64,000 nt of DNA from Planctomycetota bacterium (GCA_014238855.1 JABAAH010000008.1:8580-72579); one strand, 5' to 3'; numbered from the stretch's first letter, positions 1 through 8,743 are shown. Notes: generated from the letters alone by a model not told the origin. Numbers and translations are program-made.

Positions 1-1025
1 GGCATGTCCTCCAAAACCTTATCTTTTGTTCGCCTTAGGCAATGCCCTTTTGCCGCAGCACCAAGCGCCCGAGGAGACATGCCGTCATGAACGTGTCCTG
101 GTGCAACAAACTCGAAAATGCCTACAAGATCCTCTGATCGATTTTCAACAGGAGTCCCCGTTAATGCCCACGAACGTTTCCGAGAAAGAGAGCATATTGC
201 CTGACTGGTCTGACTTGAACGATTTTTAATTCGTTGCGCTTCATCAAGGATTACCAGATCGAACTCTGATCTCATTTCATCAAGAAGCGCACGGTCACGA
301 ATCACAGCTTCATAATTTGCGACTTTCACTGGCACATCCTGCAACGACCACTGCCACTGACGCCGTTCCCGGTCACCTGCAATTACTCCGACAACAAGCT
401 CGGGGGCCCACACGGACAACTCTCGTGACCAATTCGAAACAAGACCCTTTGGGCAAATAATAAGCACACTACGAGCCTGCCCAGAGTGAACGAGCAAGCG
501 GAGTGACGAGATTGCCTGCATTGATTTCCCGAGCCCCATTTCATCAGCAAGAATCCCTCCGAAGCGGGGCAGGAGAAAAGCCATGCCATCAAACTGAAAA
601 GGAAATGGCTCATGAGGAAAAGACAGGCAACAACCAGCCAGAAGTGTTTCGAGATCTGGCTGTAAAAGATAGAATAGCCGCTCCGAAAGCTTCACAACAT
701 CCTGCGGCGGCTGTACGCGAGTTCGTTTTCGCATGCCTGGTGGGCGGACCCTGCCTCTGCCTACAAGATCCTGAGTCTCTGAAGCCTTAGGCTCTGAAAG
801 CCTGGGCACGCCGCCCACAAAACGGTGGCTTATGATTCGTGCTGGCTGATGTAACAGTGGCACTTCATGCAAACCAACTGGGCTCGCCTGCACAGGCACT
901 TGAAGAGTCTGACTTAAGGGCAATACCAAAGATTTCACGCTTATGACTTCTGAAGCTGAAGCACACACCATCTCTGACCGAATTTCAATACGGCTCTCTG
1001 ATCGTTCAGAATCAAATGATGGCAT
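1..1025 (-). CDS. SNF2/RapA-family helicase, N-terminal ~341 codons (3' end runs off the left edge of the window)
   Basis: Absent from the ORF track because no stop lies inside the window. My reverse-strand translation from the ATG at 1025 gives MPSFDSERSES...FGGILADEMGLGKSMQAISSLRLL (helicase motif I), SEFDLVILDEAQRIKNRSSQ (motif II, DEAQ) and RSWALTGTPVENRSEDL (motif III). The frame stays open to position 1. Confidence 0.85.
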   Translation of the reverse strand, partial: MPSFDSERSESRIEIRSEMVCASASEVISVKSLVLPLSQTLQVPVQASPVGLHEVPLLHQPARIISHRFVGGVPRLSEPKASETQDLVGRGRVRPPGMRKRTRVQPPQDVVKLSERLFYLLQPDLETLLAGCCLSFPHEPFPFQFDGMAFLLPRFGGILADEMGLGKSMQAISSLRLLVHSGQARSVLIICPKGLVSNWSRELSVWAPELVVGVIAGDRERRQWQWSLQDVPVKVANYEAVIRDRALLDEMRSEFDLVILDEAQRIKNRSSQTSQAICSLSRKRSWALTGTPVENRSEDLVGIFEFVAPGHVHDGMSPRALGAAAKGHCLRRTKDKVLEDM

Positions 1026-1064
1026 AATTTATAAATTTGATATTTTGATTGAGTGACTACATGT

Positions 1065-1649
1065 TCAGTGTTGCTGAGCTTCATCAATTGCTGCGCGAAT
1101 ACGATCAAACGGTTCAGCTAATTCGATACTCGAAGAAAGCTCTTCGAAATAGTTTCGAAGTTGATCGAGTTTTGACAGATCATCATCATGAGGACGCAGC
1201 TGAAATGCTCCTAGATGAAAAGCCTCGGTTCCATGCTCTCCTTCATCGATTTCTTGAATTGCAACGACTGGACTTTCACCATGGGAACGCGCGTGAAGCA
1301 ATGACTCGCGGTCTGTGAGCACAGCCACCGGTGACAACTGTGTTGCTTTTAAAAGAGGGCCACCGATTTGCTCACCATGCATGTGCCGCTGTAGAGTCGC
1401 TCCGTATAAAATCTCCTGTGCTCGTGTTACCCGCAATGGAACCGTACAGTGAAACTCAAGTGGTCGACCTGAGATATCAACCAGTAGGTATCCCCCAAAC
1501 ATGCCGGCATTCGAAGTGTCACACACTGTCAAAAAACCAAACGTTATATCGCGCGACGAGACCACACTTGAGACCATCTGCGAACTCCAAGGGAACCTGA
1601 TTGGTTGCTCGCCACTACTGCCACAAGCTACCTCCAGCGGTTTTGTCAT
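1065..1649 (-). CDS. hypothetical protein, immediately upstream partner of the SNF2 helicase
   Basis: The track ORF is 1065..1685 with a GTG start. I prefer the internal ATG at 1649, which is preceded by GGAAGGA. It sits 39 nt upstream of the SNF2 start on the same strand. It has a conserved-looking core (FGGYLLVDISGRPLEFHCTVPLRVTRAQEILYGATL) but I recognise no named motif. Confidence 0.6.
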   Translation of the reverse strand: MTKPLEVACGSSGEQPIRFPWSSQMVSSVVSSRDITFGFLTVCDTSNAGMFGGYLLVDISGRPLEFHCTVPLRVTRAQEILYGATLQRHMHGEQIGGPLLKATQLSPVAVLTDRESLLHARSHGESPVVAIQEIDEGEHGTEAFHLGAFQLRPHDDDLSKLDQLRNYFEELSSSIELAEPFDRIRAAIDEAQQH

Positions 1650-1878
1650 TTTTCCTTCCGCTGCCACACTCCATCGGGAGAACACCGAAGAGTCTTGAAT
1701 GACTGGTGCTGCAAAACATTTGACTGCACTAAGCAGAGCAGTCTGTAGCGGTTACAACGGCATTACGACCCTCACCATTTGGCCCACATGACAAGAATGG
1801 ATACGATCAAGATATGAGAGATCGTCTCTCACAACGGAATCAAGACCGTGTTTTCACTGCCGCTCCGGGACACTTCAA

Positions 1879-2346
1879 ATGCCTGACCTTCCCTCTCACT
1901 GCACACAAATCGACATAACGTCAACCAAAGACTCCCCTGATACAACAATCCCACAACAAACAAATAAAACTGCACAGCCAGAAGTAGCCACTCTTTTAAA
2001 GGAGATGCTCCTCGTCCAGAAAAAATCCTGCGAACTGCTAGGTGAGGTATTAAAGCATGTTTCTCTCCAGCAGCGGCAACGAGCGGCCGAGCTACAGGCC
2101 TGGCGGGAGAACAACCCGTATGTTGCACAAGCTTGCCGAAAAGCGGCAAAAGGATTATCCAACGTCCACACTGACTTCCTGACAACGCTCGCTGAAGAAG
2201 CGGCCGAAAGCGCTGAAGACTTCACGGACAGTGAATACGCACTAGGTGAATTTATCGATCGCTACGGACCGCGACTGGCTCACTTCAATGGTGTCATGCA
2301 ACTCCTGAGTCAACTCGCAATGCCAGAAGACGAAAACCAAAACTAA
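1879..2346 (+). CDS. hypothetical protein (helical/coiled-coil-like, acidic C-terminus)
   Basis: 155-aa ORF, divergent from 1065..1649. No recognisable motif. The overlapping antisense ORFs look like shadows. Confidence 0.45.
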   Translation: MPDLPSHCTQIDITSTKDSPDTTIPQQTNKTAQPEVATLLKEMLLVQKKSCELLGEVLKHVSLQQRQRAAELQAWRENNPYVAQACRKAAKGLSNVHTDFLTTLAEEAAESAEDFTDSEYALGEFIDRYGPRLAHFNGVMQLLSQLAMPEDENQN

Positions 2347-2441
2347 ACCACCGTCTTCTCAGCCAGGTCGCCATAGTCCGATCAAACGACTACAACACAG
2401 ATAGAATAAGTCCATACGTCCGTTCTCATTTCCCTCCAGTA

Positions 2442-2471
2442 AAAACGTTTTCAAAACGGCCACTGTATAAT
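2442..2471 (+). promoter_or_regulatory. overlapping palindromes AAAACGTTTT / CGTTTTCAAAACG followed by a TATAAT hexamer, upstream of the adenylating-enzyme gene
   Basis: Read directly: aaaacgtttt at 2442..2451, cgttttcaaaacg at 2446..2458, tgtataat ending at 2471. The ATG is at 2489. Confidence 0.3.
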
Positions 2472-2488
2472 TCGAAAGAGCTACCACT

Positions 2489-3616
2489 ATGCCTGCAGAT
2501 ACGACTGAGAAAACGCCTGTCTTCGATGTTGCTGACGATCAAAGTATTGCACGAAGCAAAGAGAAACTTGATGCACACACAACTGAAATGGTCGCCTGGC
2601 ATTTCCATTCTTCAACCGGCTCACCCTTCTGGCTCGAATACTCGAAAACACTGTCGTTTGATCCGCTTAAAGAAGTACGTTGTTTTGACGACTTAAAAAA
2701 GTTTCCGGCTTTCGAAGACGAATGGCTCAGAGGAGGACCGGTAACTCGCTGGATTCCAAAAGGATTTGCCGGACAACCTGCGTTTGTTTTTGAAACTGGT
2801 GGAACTACCGGAACCCCCAAATCGAGAGTTAACCTGACAGACTTTCGAACTGACTATGAAGAGTTCAGTGAAACTCTCCCTGAAGAGTATTTTCCTAGAG
2901 GTGCAAACTGGTTAATGCTAGGACCCTCAGGACCAAGAAGACTCAGGCTGTCCATTGAACATCTTGCACAACATCGTGGTGGAATCTGTTTCTGTATCGA
3001 TCTCGACCCGCGATGGGTTATCAAATTGATACAAAAAGGCTGGATGGAACACTTAGAGGCCTACAAGGATCATTGCATTGATCAAGCCATCACAGTTCTT
3101 GAATCCGGCCATGACATTCGCTGCATTTTTACAACACCAAAATTGCTTGAAGCGCTGGCCATTGCACTTGAAAAGAAAGGAACAACAATTCGAGAAGCTG
3201 GCATCACAGGGATTTTCTCAGGTGGAACCGAATTCACTCCTCAGTGGACTCGCTTTGCGGTTGAAGAACTCCTCGACGGTGCATTCATGACCCCAACGTA
3301 TGGAAATACATTAATGGGACTTGCCGCCTCCCGTCCCGTTGTTCCTGAAGATGGGTACACGATCGCATACTACTCGCCTCAGCCGCGTGCAGTTATCGAA
3401 GTGGTCGACTTTGATGACACAAATTCTGTTGTGCCGTACGGGGGAACAGGTCGGGTCAAACTGACGACCCTTACGAAAGAGACTTTTGTCCCAGGTTTCC
3501 TTGAACGCGATGAAGGAGAACGAGAACTTCCTTACGTAAAATACCCCTGGGATGGGATTAGTGGCGTGCGGCCTTTCAGTAAATTAGCCACGGCTACAAC
3601 TGTTGGTGTTTATTAG
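2489..3616 (+). CDS. adenylate-forming enzyme of the PaaK / coenzyme F390 synthetase / LuxE acyl-protein synthetase type
   Basis: 375 aa. It carries the phosphate-binding motif FETGGTTGTPK, then TPTYGNTL and GRVKLTTL. It is small for the ANL superfamily, as LuxE- and PaaK-like proteins are. Confidence 0.75.
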   Translation: MPADTTEKTPVFDVADDQSIARSKEKLDAHTTEMVAWHFHSSTGSPFWLEYSKTLSFDPLKEVRCFDDLKKFPAFEDEWLRGGPVTRWIPKGFAGQPAFVFETGGTTGTPKSRVNLTDFRTDYEEFSETLPEEYFPRGANWLMLGPSGPRRLRLSIEHLAQHRGGICFCIDLDPRWVIKLIQKGWMEHLEAYKDHCIDQAITVLESGHDIRCIFTTPKLLEALAIALEKKGTTIREAGITGIFSGGTEFTPQWTRFAVEELLDGAFMTPTYGNTLMGLAASRPVVPEDGYTIAYYSPQPRAVIEVVDFDDTNSVVPYGGTGRVKLTTLTKETFVPGFLERDEGERELPYVKYPWDGISGVRPFSKLATATTVGVY

Positions 3617-3728
3617 AAAGCAAAGAAATATCAACAAATGCCTCCTTGGCGTTTGATATACACAAAGACTTTTTCTTGTCACATAAGATTCAATTTCTCA
3701 GGACCTATCTTTGGTAGGAGAAAACAAT

Positions 3729-5195
3729 ATGCACCTCACCGCATTCCGTTTCGGTAAACCATACGAGTCACTCGAACGAAACAAATTAGTTCACTTCATG
3801 ACCGGTGAACCAGTTGCTGAAGTTAGCCAGGTCGGCGGCGCCATAGTAAGCCGTGATCTTCGGAAAGCCAATAACGCGAGAAAAGCAATTCTCAAGATTG
3901 ATCCTGAAGAGATTGTTGAACGACTTCAAACAGCTGGAAATCTTTATGCCTTAGGGACGGTAGAAGTTGGCGGCGTAAAGCAATCTCCAGATGACTTTGC
4001 TCGACAGCAATCTGCCACAACAGGTCTTCCAGAAAACCTGTGCTTGGCAAACATGAAAAAGAATTTATTTGTGCTGTCGAATATGGATCGAATGCTCGAC
4101 GCACTTTCACGTGGTCTCCCACCAGAGGTTTTTTGGCGAGGATACGGAACGGAGCACCGAGATGTTGTCGTGAGCTACCAGGCCCAGTCTCCTGTTCTTG
4201 GTCTCGTCCTTCCCAGTAATTCTCCTGGTGTCCACACGCTCTGGCTCCCAGTCGTCGCACTTGGCATCGGCTTATTGCTTAAGCCTGGTAGTCAAGAACC
4301 GTGGACTCCTTACCGAATGGCTGCAGCGATGATTGAAGCAGGGATTCCAGAGGAGGCTATCGGACTGTATCCTGGAGCTACGGATGTGGGTGCTGCAATT
4401 CTTGCTGATTGCGGCCGCAGCATGATTTTTGGGTCAGCAAAAACTGTCGAACAATACCGTGGCAACCCGGCCGTTCAAGTCCATGGCCCAGGGTTCTCAA
4501 AAATATTACTTGGAGATGACTGTGTCGATAATTGGGCCGACTATATTGACGTGATGGCGGACAGCATCGCTGCAAATAGCGGTCGTGGTTGCATCAATTG
4601 CTCTGCAATCTACGCGAGTCGGCACACTCATGAAATTGCTGATGCACTCGCCGAGAAATTAGGATCGGAGGAGGTGCGTTCACCCGATGACCCGGCAGCG
4701 ACGCTTGCCGCTTTCACAGTTCCCGGTGCTGCGAAAGCCATCTGGGAGCAGATAGATGGCCTCCTCGAAAAGCCAGGAGTACGTCATGCAACAGCACCGT
4801 ACGGCTCACGATTCGTCGAAGGCGAACGGTGTGGATGGCTCCGACCAACAATTGTCGAATGTGACTCACCAGATCCTGAAATTGCACGTGCCGAATACAT
4901 GTTTCCGTTTTGTAGCGTCGTAAAATGTCCCCAAGAGAAGATGCTGGACCGAATTGGTCCAACTCTCGTTGCGACAGCCATCTCCAACGACCCACATTTT
5001 CAGCTTGAATTAATCGATGCGTCTCATATTGATCGCCTCAACATCGGACCTCTACCCACCATAAAGCTGGATTGGCTGCAGCCTCATGAAGGTAATATCA
5101 TCGACTTTCTCTATCGTTCGAGAGCCCTCCAAATGACTGAAACATCAGCGGCTGTCTCTACCGCAACCGCCGTTCCGGCTGAATCAGGCACATAG
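3729..5195 (+). CDS. aldehyde dehydrogenase superfamily protein, probable thioester (acyl-CoA/acyl-enzyme) reductase, LuxC-like
   Basis: The track ORF starts at a TTG at 3711. I prefer the ATG at 3729, which is preceded by AGGAG. ALDH-like landmarks are present: LPSNSPG, KPGSQEP, catalytic-Cys context NSGRGCINCSAI, and EYMFPF. The general-base position reads HGPGFSK instead of ELGG. Confidence 0.75.
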   Translation: MHLTAFRFGKPYESLERNKLVHFMTGEPVAEVSQVGGAIVSRDLRKANNARKAILKIDPEEIVERLQTAGNLYALGTVEVGGVKQSPDDFARQQSATTGLPENLCLANMKKNLFVLSNMDRMLDALSRGLPPEVFWRGYGTEHRDVVVSYQAQSPVLGLVLPSNSPGVHTLWLPVVALGIGLLLKPGSQEPWTPYRMAAAMIEAGIPEEAIGLYPGATDVGAAILADCGRSMIFGSAKTVEQYRGNPAVQVHGPGFSKILLGDDCVDNWADYIDVMADSIAANSGRGCINCSAIYASRHTHEIADALAEKLGSEEVRSPDDPAATLAAFTVPGAAKAIWEQIDGLLEKPGVRHATAPYGSRFVEGERCGWLRPTIVECDSPDPEIARAEYMFPFCSVVKCPQEKMLDRIGPTLVATAISNDPHFQLELIDASHIDRLNIGPLPTIKLDWLQPHEGNIIDFLYRSRALQMTETSAAVSTATAVPAESGT

Positions 5196-5199
5196 ATCC

Positions 5200-6381
5200 A
5201 TGACACAAAAGTCGGAAGAACCGGCTGTGCAGCCGTCACTGCTTTCATTCCGTGCGAACACGCGTCTTCTTATTGGTGAAGGAGGCATCTCGCAACTGGG
5301 TGCTACCGCCCAAGAGTTGGGCAGCAGACGTGCTCTTGTTGTGAGTGACGAAGGTGTTCTCGCAGCAGGTCATACACATGCAGGCGTCGCTTCTCTCGAA
5401 GCTGCGGGCATCGAGACAACTATTTTCAGCCATTTCACTGAAAACCCCACAACGTCGCAGGTTGATGCCGGCACAGTATTTGCGCAGTCCTTTCGTCCAG
5501 ATATTATCATCGGCCTCGGTGGTGGGAGTTCCATGGACTGTGCGAAAGGCATTAACTTTCTTCTCTGCTGCGGCGGACAAATGAAAGACTATCGGGGCCG
5601 GGGCACTACGGGCCGACCGCTTCTTCCGTCAATCGGCTGCCCAACTACTGCTGGTACCGGCAGTGAGACGCAATCATTTGCACTCATAAGTGATGCTCAA
5701 ACAGGTGAGAAGTTCGCCTGTGGCGACCCCAATGCGGCTTTTCGGGTGGCAATCTTAGACCCATGCTTAACAGTCACCCAGCCGGCTCGGGTTACTGCAC
5801 TCACAGGCATTGATGCACTTTCACATGCACTTGAAAGTCACGTAAGCACCGAGGCTACAAGAGTATCCCAGGTTTTTTCTCGAGAGGCTTGGAAGTTACT
5901 GACCCAGAATTTGCCCAAAGTTTTTATTGAACCAACAGACATTCATGCCAGAGCAGCTGTCCAACTTGGAGCAGCATGGGCCGGACTCGCAATTGAGAAC
6001 GCCATGCTCGGAGCAGCTCACGGGGCAGCAAATCCGCTTACGGCAAAATACAAGGTTACACATGGACAAGCCGTGGGGCTGATGCTCCCGCACATCATAC
6101 GATTTAATGGACCAGTCGCTCAGGAGCAGTATGCAGAACTCGCAGCCATCGCTGGCCTGAACACCAAGACACCCGACGCCGCCCTCGCCAAATTTATGCA
6201 TGACATGCTTGGGCAGGCAGGTCTTTCTCGATCACTTGGTGACGTCATCGGAACCCAGCCAACAATGTCTGAGATTGAACATCTTGCCGAGGAGGCCTCA
6301 GCCCAATGGACAAGCAGTTTCAACCCTCGCCCCTGTTTGCCAGCAGATTTTATTGACCTCTACCGACGTGCATCAGCCTAA
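5200..6381 (+). CDS. iron-containing (group III) alcohol dehydrogenase
   Basis: 393 aa. It has the GLGGGSSMDCAKG nucleotide motif and metal-ligand His regions DALSHALESH and HGQAVGLMLPH. It starts 4 nt after the previous stop. Confidence 0.85.
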   Translation: MTQKSEEPAVQPSLLSFRANTRLLIGEGGISQLGATAQELGSRRALVVSDEGVLAAGHTHAGVASLEAAGIETTIFSHFTENPTTSQVDAGTVFAQSFRPDIIIGLGGGSSMDCAKGINFLLCCGGQMKDYRGRGTTGRPLLPSIGCPTTAGTGSETQSFALISDAQTGEKFACGDPNAAFRVAILDPCLTVTQPARVTALTGIDALSHALESHVSTEATRVSQVFSREAWKLLTQNLPKVFIEPTDIHARAAVQLGAAWAGLAIENAMLGAAHGAANPLTAKYKVTHGQAVGLMLPHIIRFNGPVAQEQYAELAAIAGLNTKTPDAALAKFMHDMLGQAGLSRSLGDVIGTQPTMSEIEHLAEEASAQWTSSFNPRPCLPADFIDLYRRASA

Positions 6382-6414
6382 ATTCATGTCCCCTCAAGCC
6401 AAAGACCCTGCACC

Positions 6415-7629
6415 ATGAATACTGTTTTCCGTACACTACACGTACTACTTTTTGTCCTGACATCGGCATCATTTTTGAGTGCCGAAGATGCTGCAGGCCC
6501 CGAAGCGTGGCCCATGTTTCGAGGCACACCAACCGGTTCCGGAAGATCCTCGGTCATTCTCCAACTTCCACTCAAAGAGCAGTGGCACCGACGATTTGAG
6601 GGAGGTGCATTCACTGCAACGCCAGTCATAAATTCAAACACGATCTACCTCGGTGACCTCGATGGACATTTCATGGCGTTATCACTGAATGACGGCAAAA
6701 CACTCTGGCAGTTTGATTCACCTGACTCAGGGTTTCCATCAGCTGCTGCAGTCTCGACGAATGCCGACTATCCACTTGTTGTTGTTGGTGATGATCTCGG
6801 TGCTATCCGATGCATGAATTCAAACAATGGAAAAATTGCCTGGAATCTTGCAATGGAGGGAGAAATCTCTGGAGGACCAACGATTCTCAATGTATCTGGA
6901 ATCCCTTCCGTTTTGGTTGGCTCACAAGACGCGACCCTTATTTGCCTTCGAATAACCGATGGAGAAATTCTCTGGAAGCATGAGATCGCGGATCAGATAC
7001 GTTGTTCCCCGACAGTCGACGACTCCAACGATAGCAAACGAGTATTCCTTGCAGGCTGCGACAGTACGCTTCATATCCTCAATGTAACTAACGGAGAAAC
7101 GGTCGCTGAAATCCCGCTCGGAGGTCCAACTGGGACCACTCCTTCAAGTAATGGCTCCGAAGTTTTTTTTGGTACCGAGGGTGGGCATTTTTTTGCTGTT
7201 GATTTTGTCGAAGAAAAAGTCCGATGGCAAACCGAAGGAGATTCTCAAAAACCAGCATATCGCTCAAGTTCTACCACAATTGGCGACCTCATCTTTGTTG
7301 GGTCACGTGGCCGTGCAGTGGAAGCGTTCAACAGGGCAGATGGGAGTCTTTGCTGGAGACACCCCATGCGCAGTCGTGTCGACGCATCACCAGTGGCAGT
7401 ACGCGTACGTGGTGGAAAGAACTCGACACAAGAGCCCACGGAGAGCATTATCGTCGCCGACACAGCGGGCGAGATAAAAATGCTTCGGAATCATGATGGA
7501 TCGGGCTGCTGGGAGTTTAGCGCGGGTGGCGGTTTCTCTGGATCACCCGCTGTTGTCCGTGATCGAGTCGTTCTCGCAAGTGATGATGGTGTCGTCTGGT
7601 GCTTTGGTCACGATGAACTCAAAAAATAG
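6415..7629 (+). CDS. secreted PQQ-like/BamB-like beta-propeller repeat protein
   Basis: It has an N-terminal signal peptide (MNTVFRTLHVLLFVLTSASFLSAED). A repeated G-x-hydrophobic-W blade signature recurs: TLWQF, IAWNL, ILWKH, VRWQT, LCWRH, GCWEF. Confidence 0.7.
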   Translation: MNTVFRTLHVLLFVLTSASFLSAEDAAGPEAWPMFRGTPTGSGRSSVILQLPLKEQWHRRFEGGAFTATPVINSNTIYLGDLDGHFMALSLNDGKTLWQFDSPDSGFPSAAAVSTNADYPLVVVGDDLGAIRCMNSNNGKIAWNLAMEGEISGGPTILNVSGIPSVLVGSQDATLICLRITDGEILWKHEIADQIRCSPTVDDSNDSKRVFLAGCDSTLHILNVTNGETVAEIPLGGPTGTTPSSNGSEVFFGTEGGHFFAVDFVEEKVRWQTEGDSQKPAYRSSSTTIGDLIFVGSRGRAVEAFNRADGSLCWRHPMRSRVDASPVAVRVRGGKNSTQEPTESIIVADTAGEIKMLRNHDGSGCWEFSAGGGFSGSPAVVRDRVVLASDDGVVWCFGHDELKK

Positions 7630-7693
7630 CACATCGACACATCCATTAGTCTCTCCTCTTTTAGCCTTCTCTCTTTCTTTGGGTGTGTAACAC

Positions 7694-8134
7694 ATGACAT
7701 GGCAACAGCGTACAGTGAACCTCGCGCCTCGTAGTCGTGGCTTTCATCTTATTACGCATGAACTTGAGCAAGAACTTATGCAGATGGATAAACCACACAT
7801 TGGGCTGCTGCATCTTTTCATTCAGCACACGTCTGCGAGCCTATCTATCAATGAAAATGCCGACCCGGATGTCCCGCACGACCTGGAAATGGTTTTCAGG
7901 AAAATAGCCCCTGAAAACCTGCCGTATCGTCACACCTGCGAAGGACCTGACGACATGCCTGCTCATGTAAAGACATCCATGCTGGGATGCTCTCTTACCA
8001 TCCCAGTAAAATCTGGGGATTTATGCCTCGGTACCTGGCAAGGCATCTACTTGTGCGAACACCGAAGTAATGGCGGATCGCGTAAAGTAGTTCTCACTCT
8101 ACACGGTGCAATAGGAAAGGTAGTTGATTCGTAA
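7694..8134 (+). CDS. yjbQ: YjbQ/UPF0047 family protein (secondary thiamine-phosphate synthase-like)
   Basis: 146 aa. Family pattern: GLLHLFIQHTSASLSINENADPDVPHD...MPAHVKTSMLG...LGTWQGIYLCEHR. Confidence 0.8.
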   Translation: MTWQQRTVNLAPRSRGFHLITHELEQELMQMDKPHIGLLHLFIQHTSASLSINENADPDVPHDLEMVFRKIAPENLPYRHTCEGPDDMPAHVKTSMLGCSLTIPVKSGDLCLGTWQGIYLCEHRSNGGSRKVVLTLHGAIGKVVDS

Positions 8135-8147
8135 CACGCAGTTTTTT

Positions 8148-8241
8148 TGTGGAACAGTGGATAAAACAAATGTCGATTTTCCAATTACCAAAGAAAGATT
8201 CAATGCTACGAAGCTTTAAAAAAGGTGGTCTAAGTGGATAA
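8148..8241. promoter_or_regulatory. cluster of DnaA-box-like 9-mers upstream of the DksA/TraR-like gene
   Basis: TGTGGAACA at 8148..8156 (7/9 to TGTGGATAA). AGTGGATAA at 8156..8164 and again at 8233..8241 (8/9 each, identical copies). An AT-rich tract, gattttttaaatttt, follows. Confidence 0.3.
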
Positions 8242-8356
8242 GACGATTTTTTAAATTTTCCTAGAACCTAAAACGATCAAGCTGCGTACTATATAGTCAG
8301 TGTGGGTGCTGTTTCGGCTGCACTAGCACGCGACACGACAAAGGAGGAAACATACT

Positions 8357-8743
8357 ATGGCACGAAAAGATGCACTTTTAAGCCTCCGAGCGATTCTTTT
8401 CCGTCGACGAGATGCTCTCCGTAGTGCACTCAACGGTGACCTTACATTGCTCAAAGAATTGCGGAGCGAATCACCTGGAGATGTCATTGATGCCGCCGTA
8501 GACGCCGCACAGGATGAAATCAGTTCTCAACTTGCTGAAGTCGAGGCGCGTGAGCTTGGGTCTATCGAGAACGCTCTGGAGCGAATGTCTTCTGGTGCCT
8601 ACGGGTCTTGCGAAATCTGTAGCGGAAAAATACCTTTGGCTCGCCTTCAGGCCCTTCCCTATGCAACGATGTGCATTCAATGCCAGCGGCAGACCGAAGA
8701 GGCCGGTGAACAGTGGATGGCAGACCAACAGGCAGAAGCTTAA
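8357..8743 (+). CDS. DksA/TraR-family C4 zinc-finger protein
   Basis: 128 aa. It has a coiled-coil N-terminal part and CEICSGKIPLARLQALPYATMCIQC (CxxC-17-CxxC). A strong RBS, aaaggagg, lies 8 nt upstream. Confidence 0.8.
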   Translation: MARKDALLSLRAILFRRRDALRSALNGDLTLLKELRSESPGDVIDAAVDAAQDEISSQLAEVEARELGSIENALERMSSGAYGSCEICSGKIPLARLQALPYATMCIQCQRQTEEAGEQWMADQQAEA

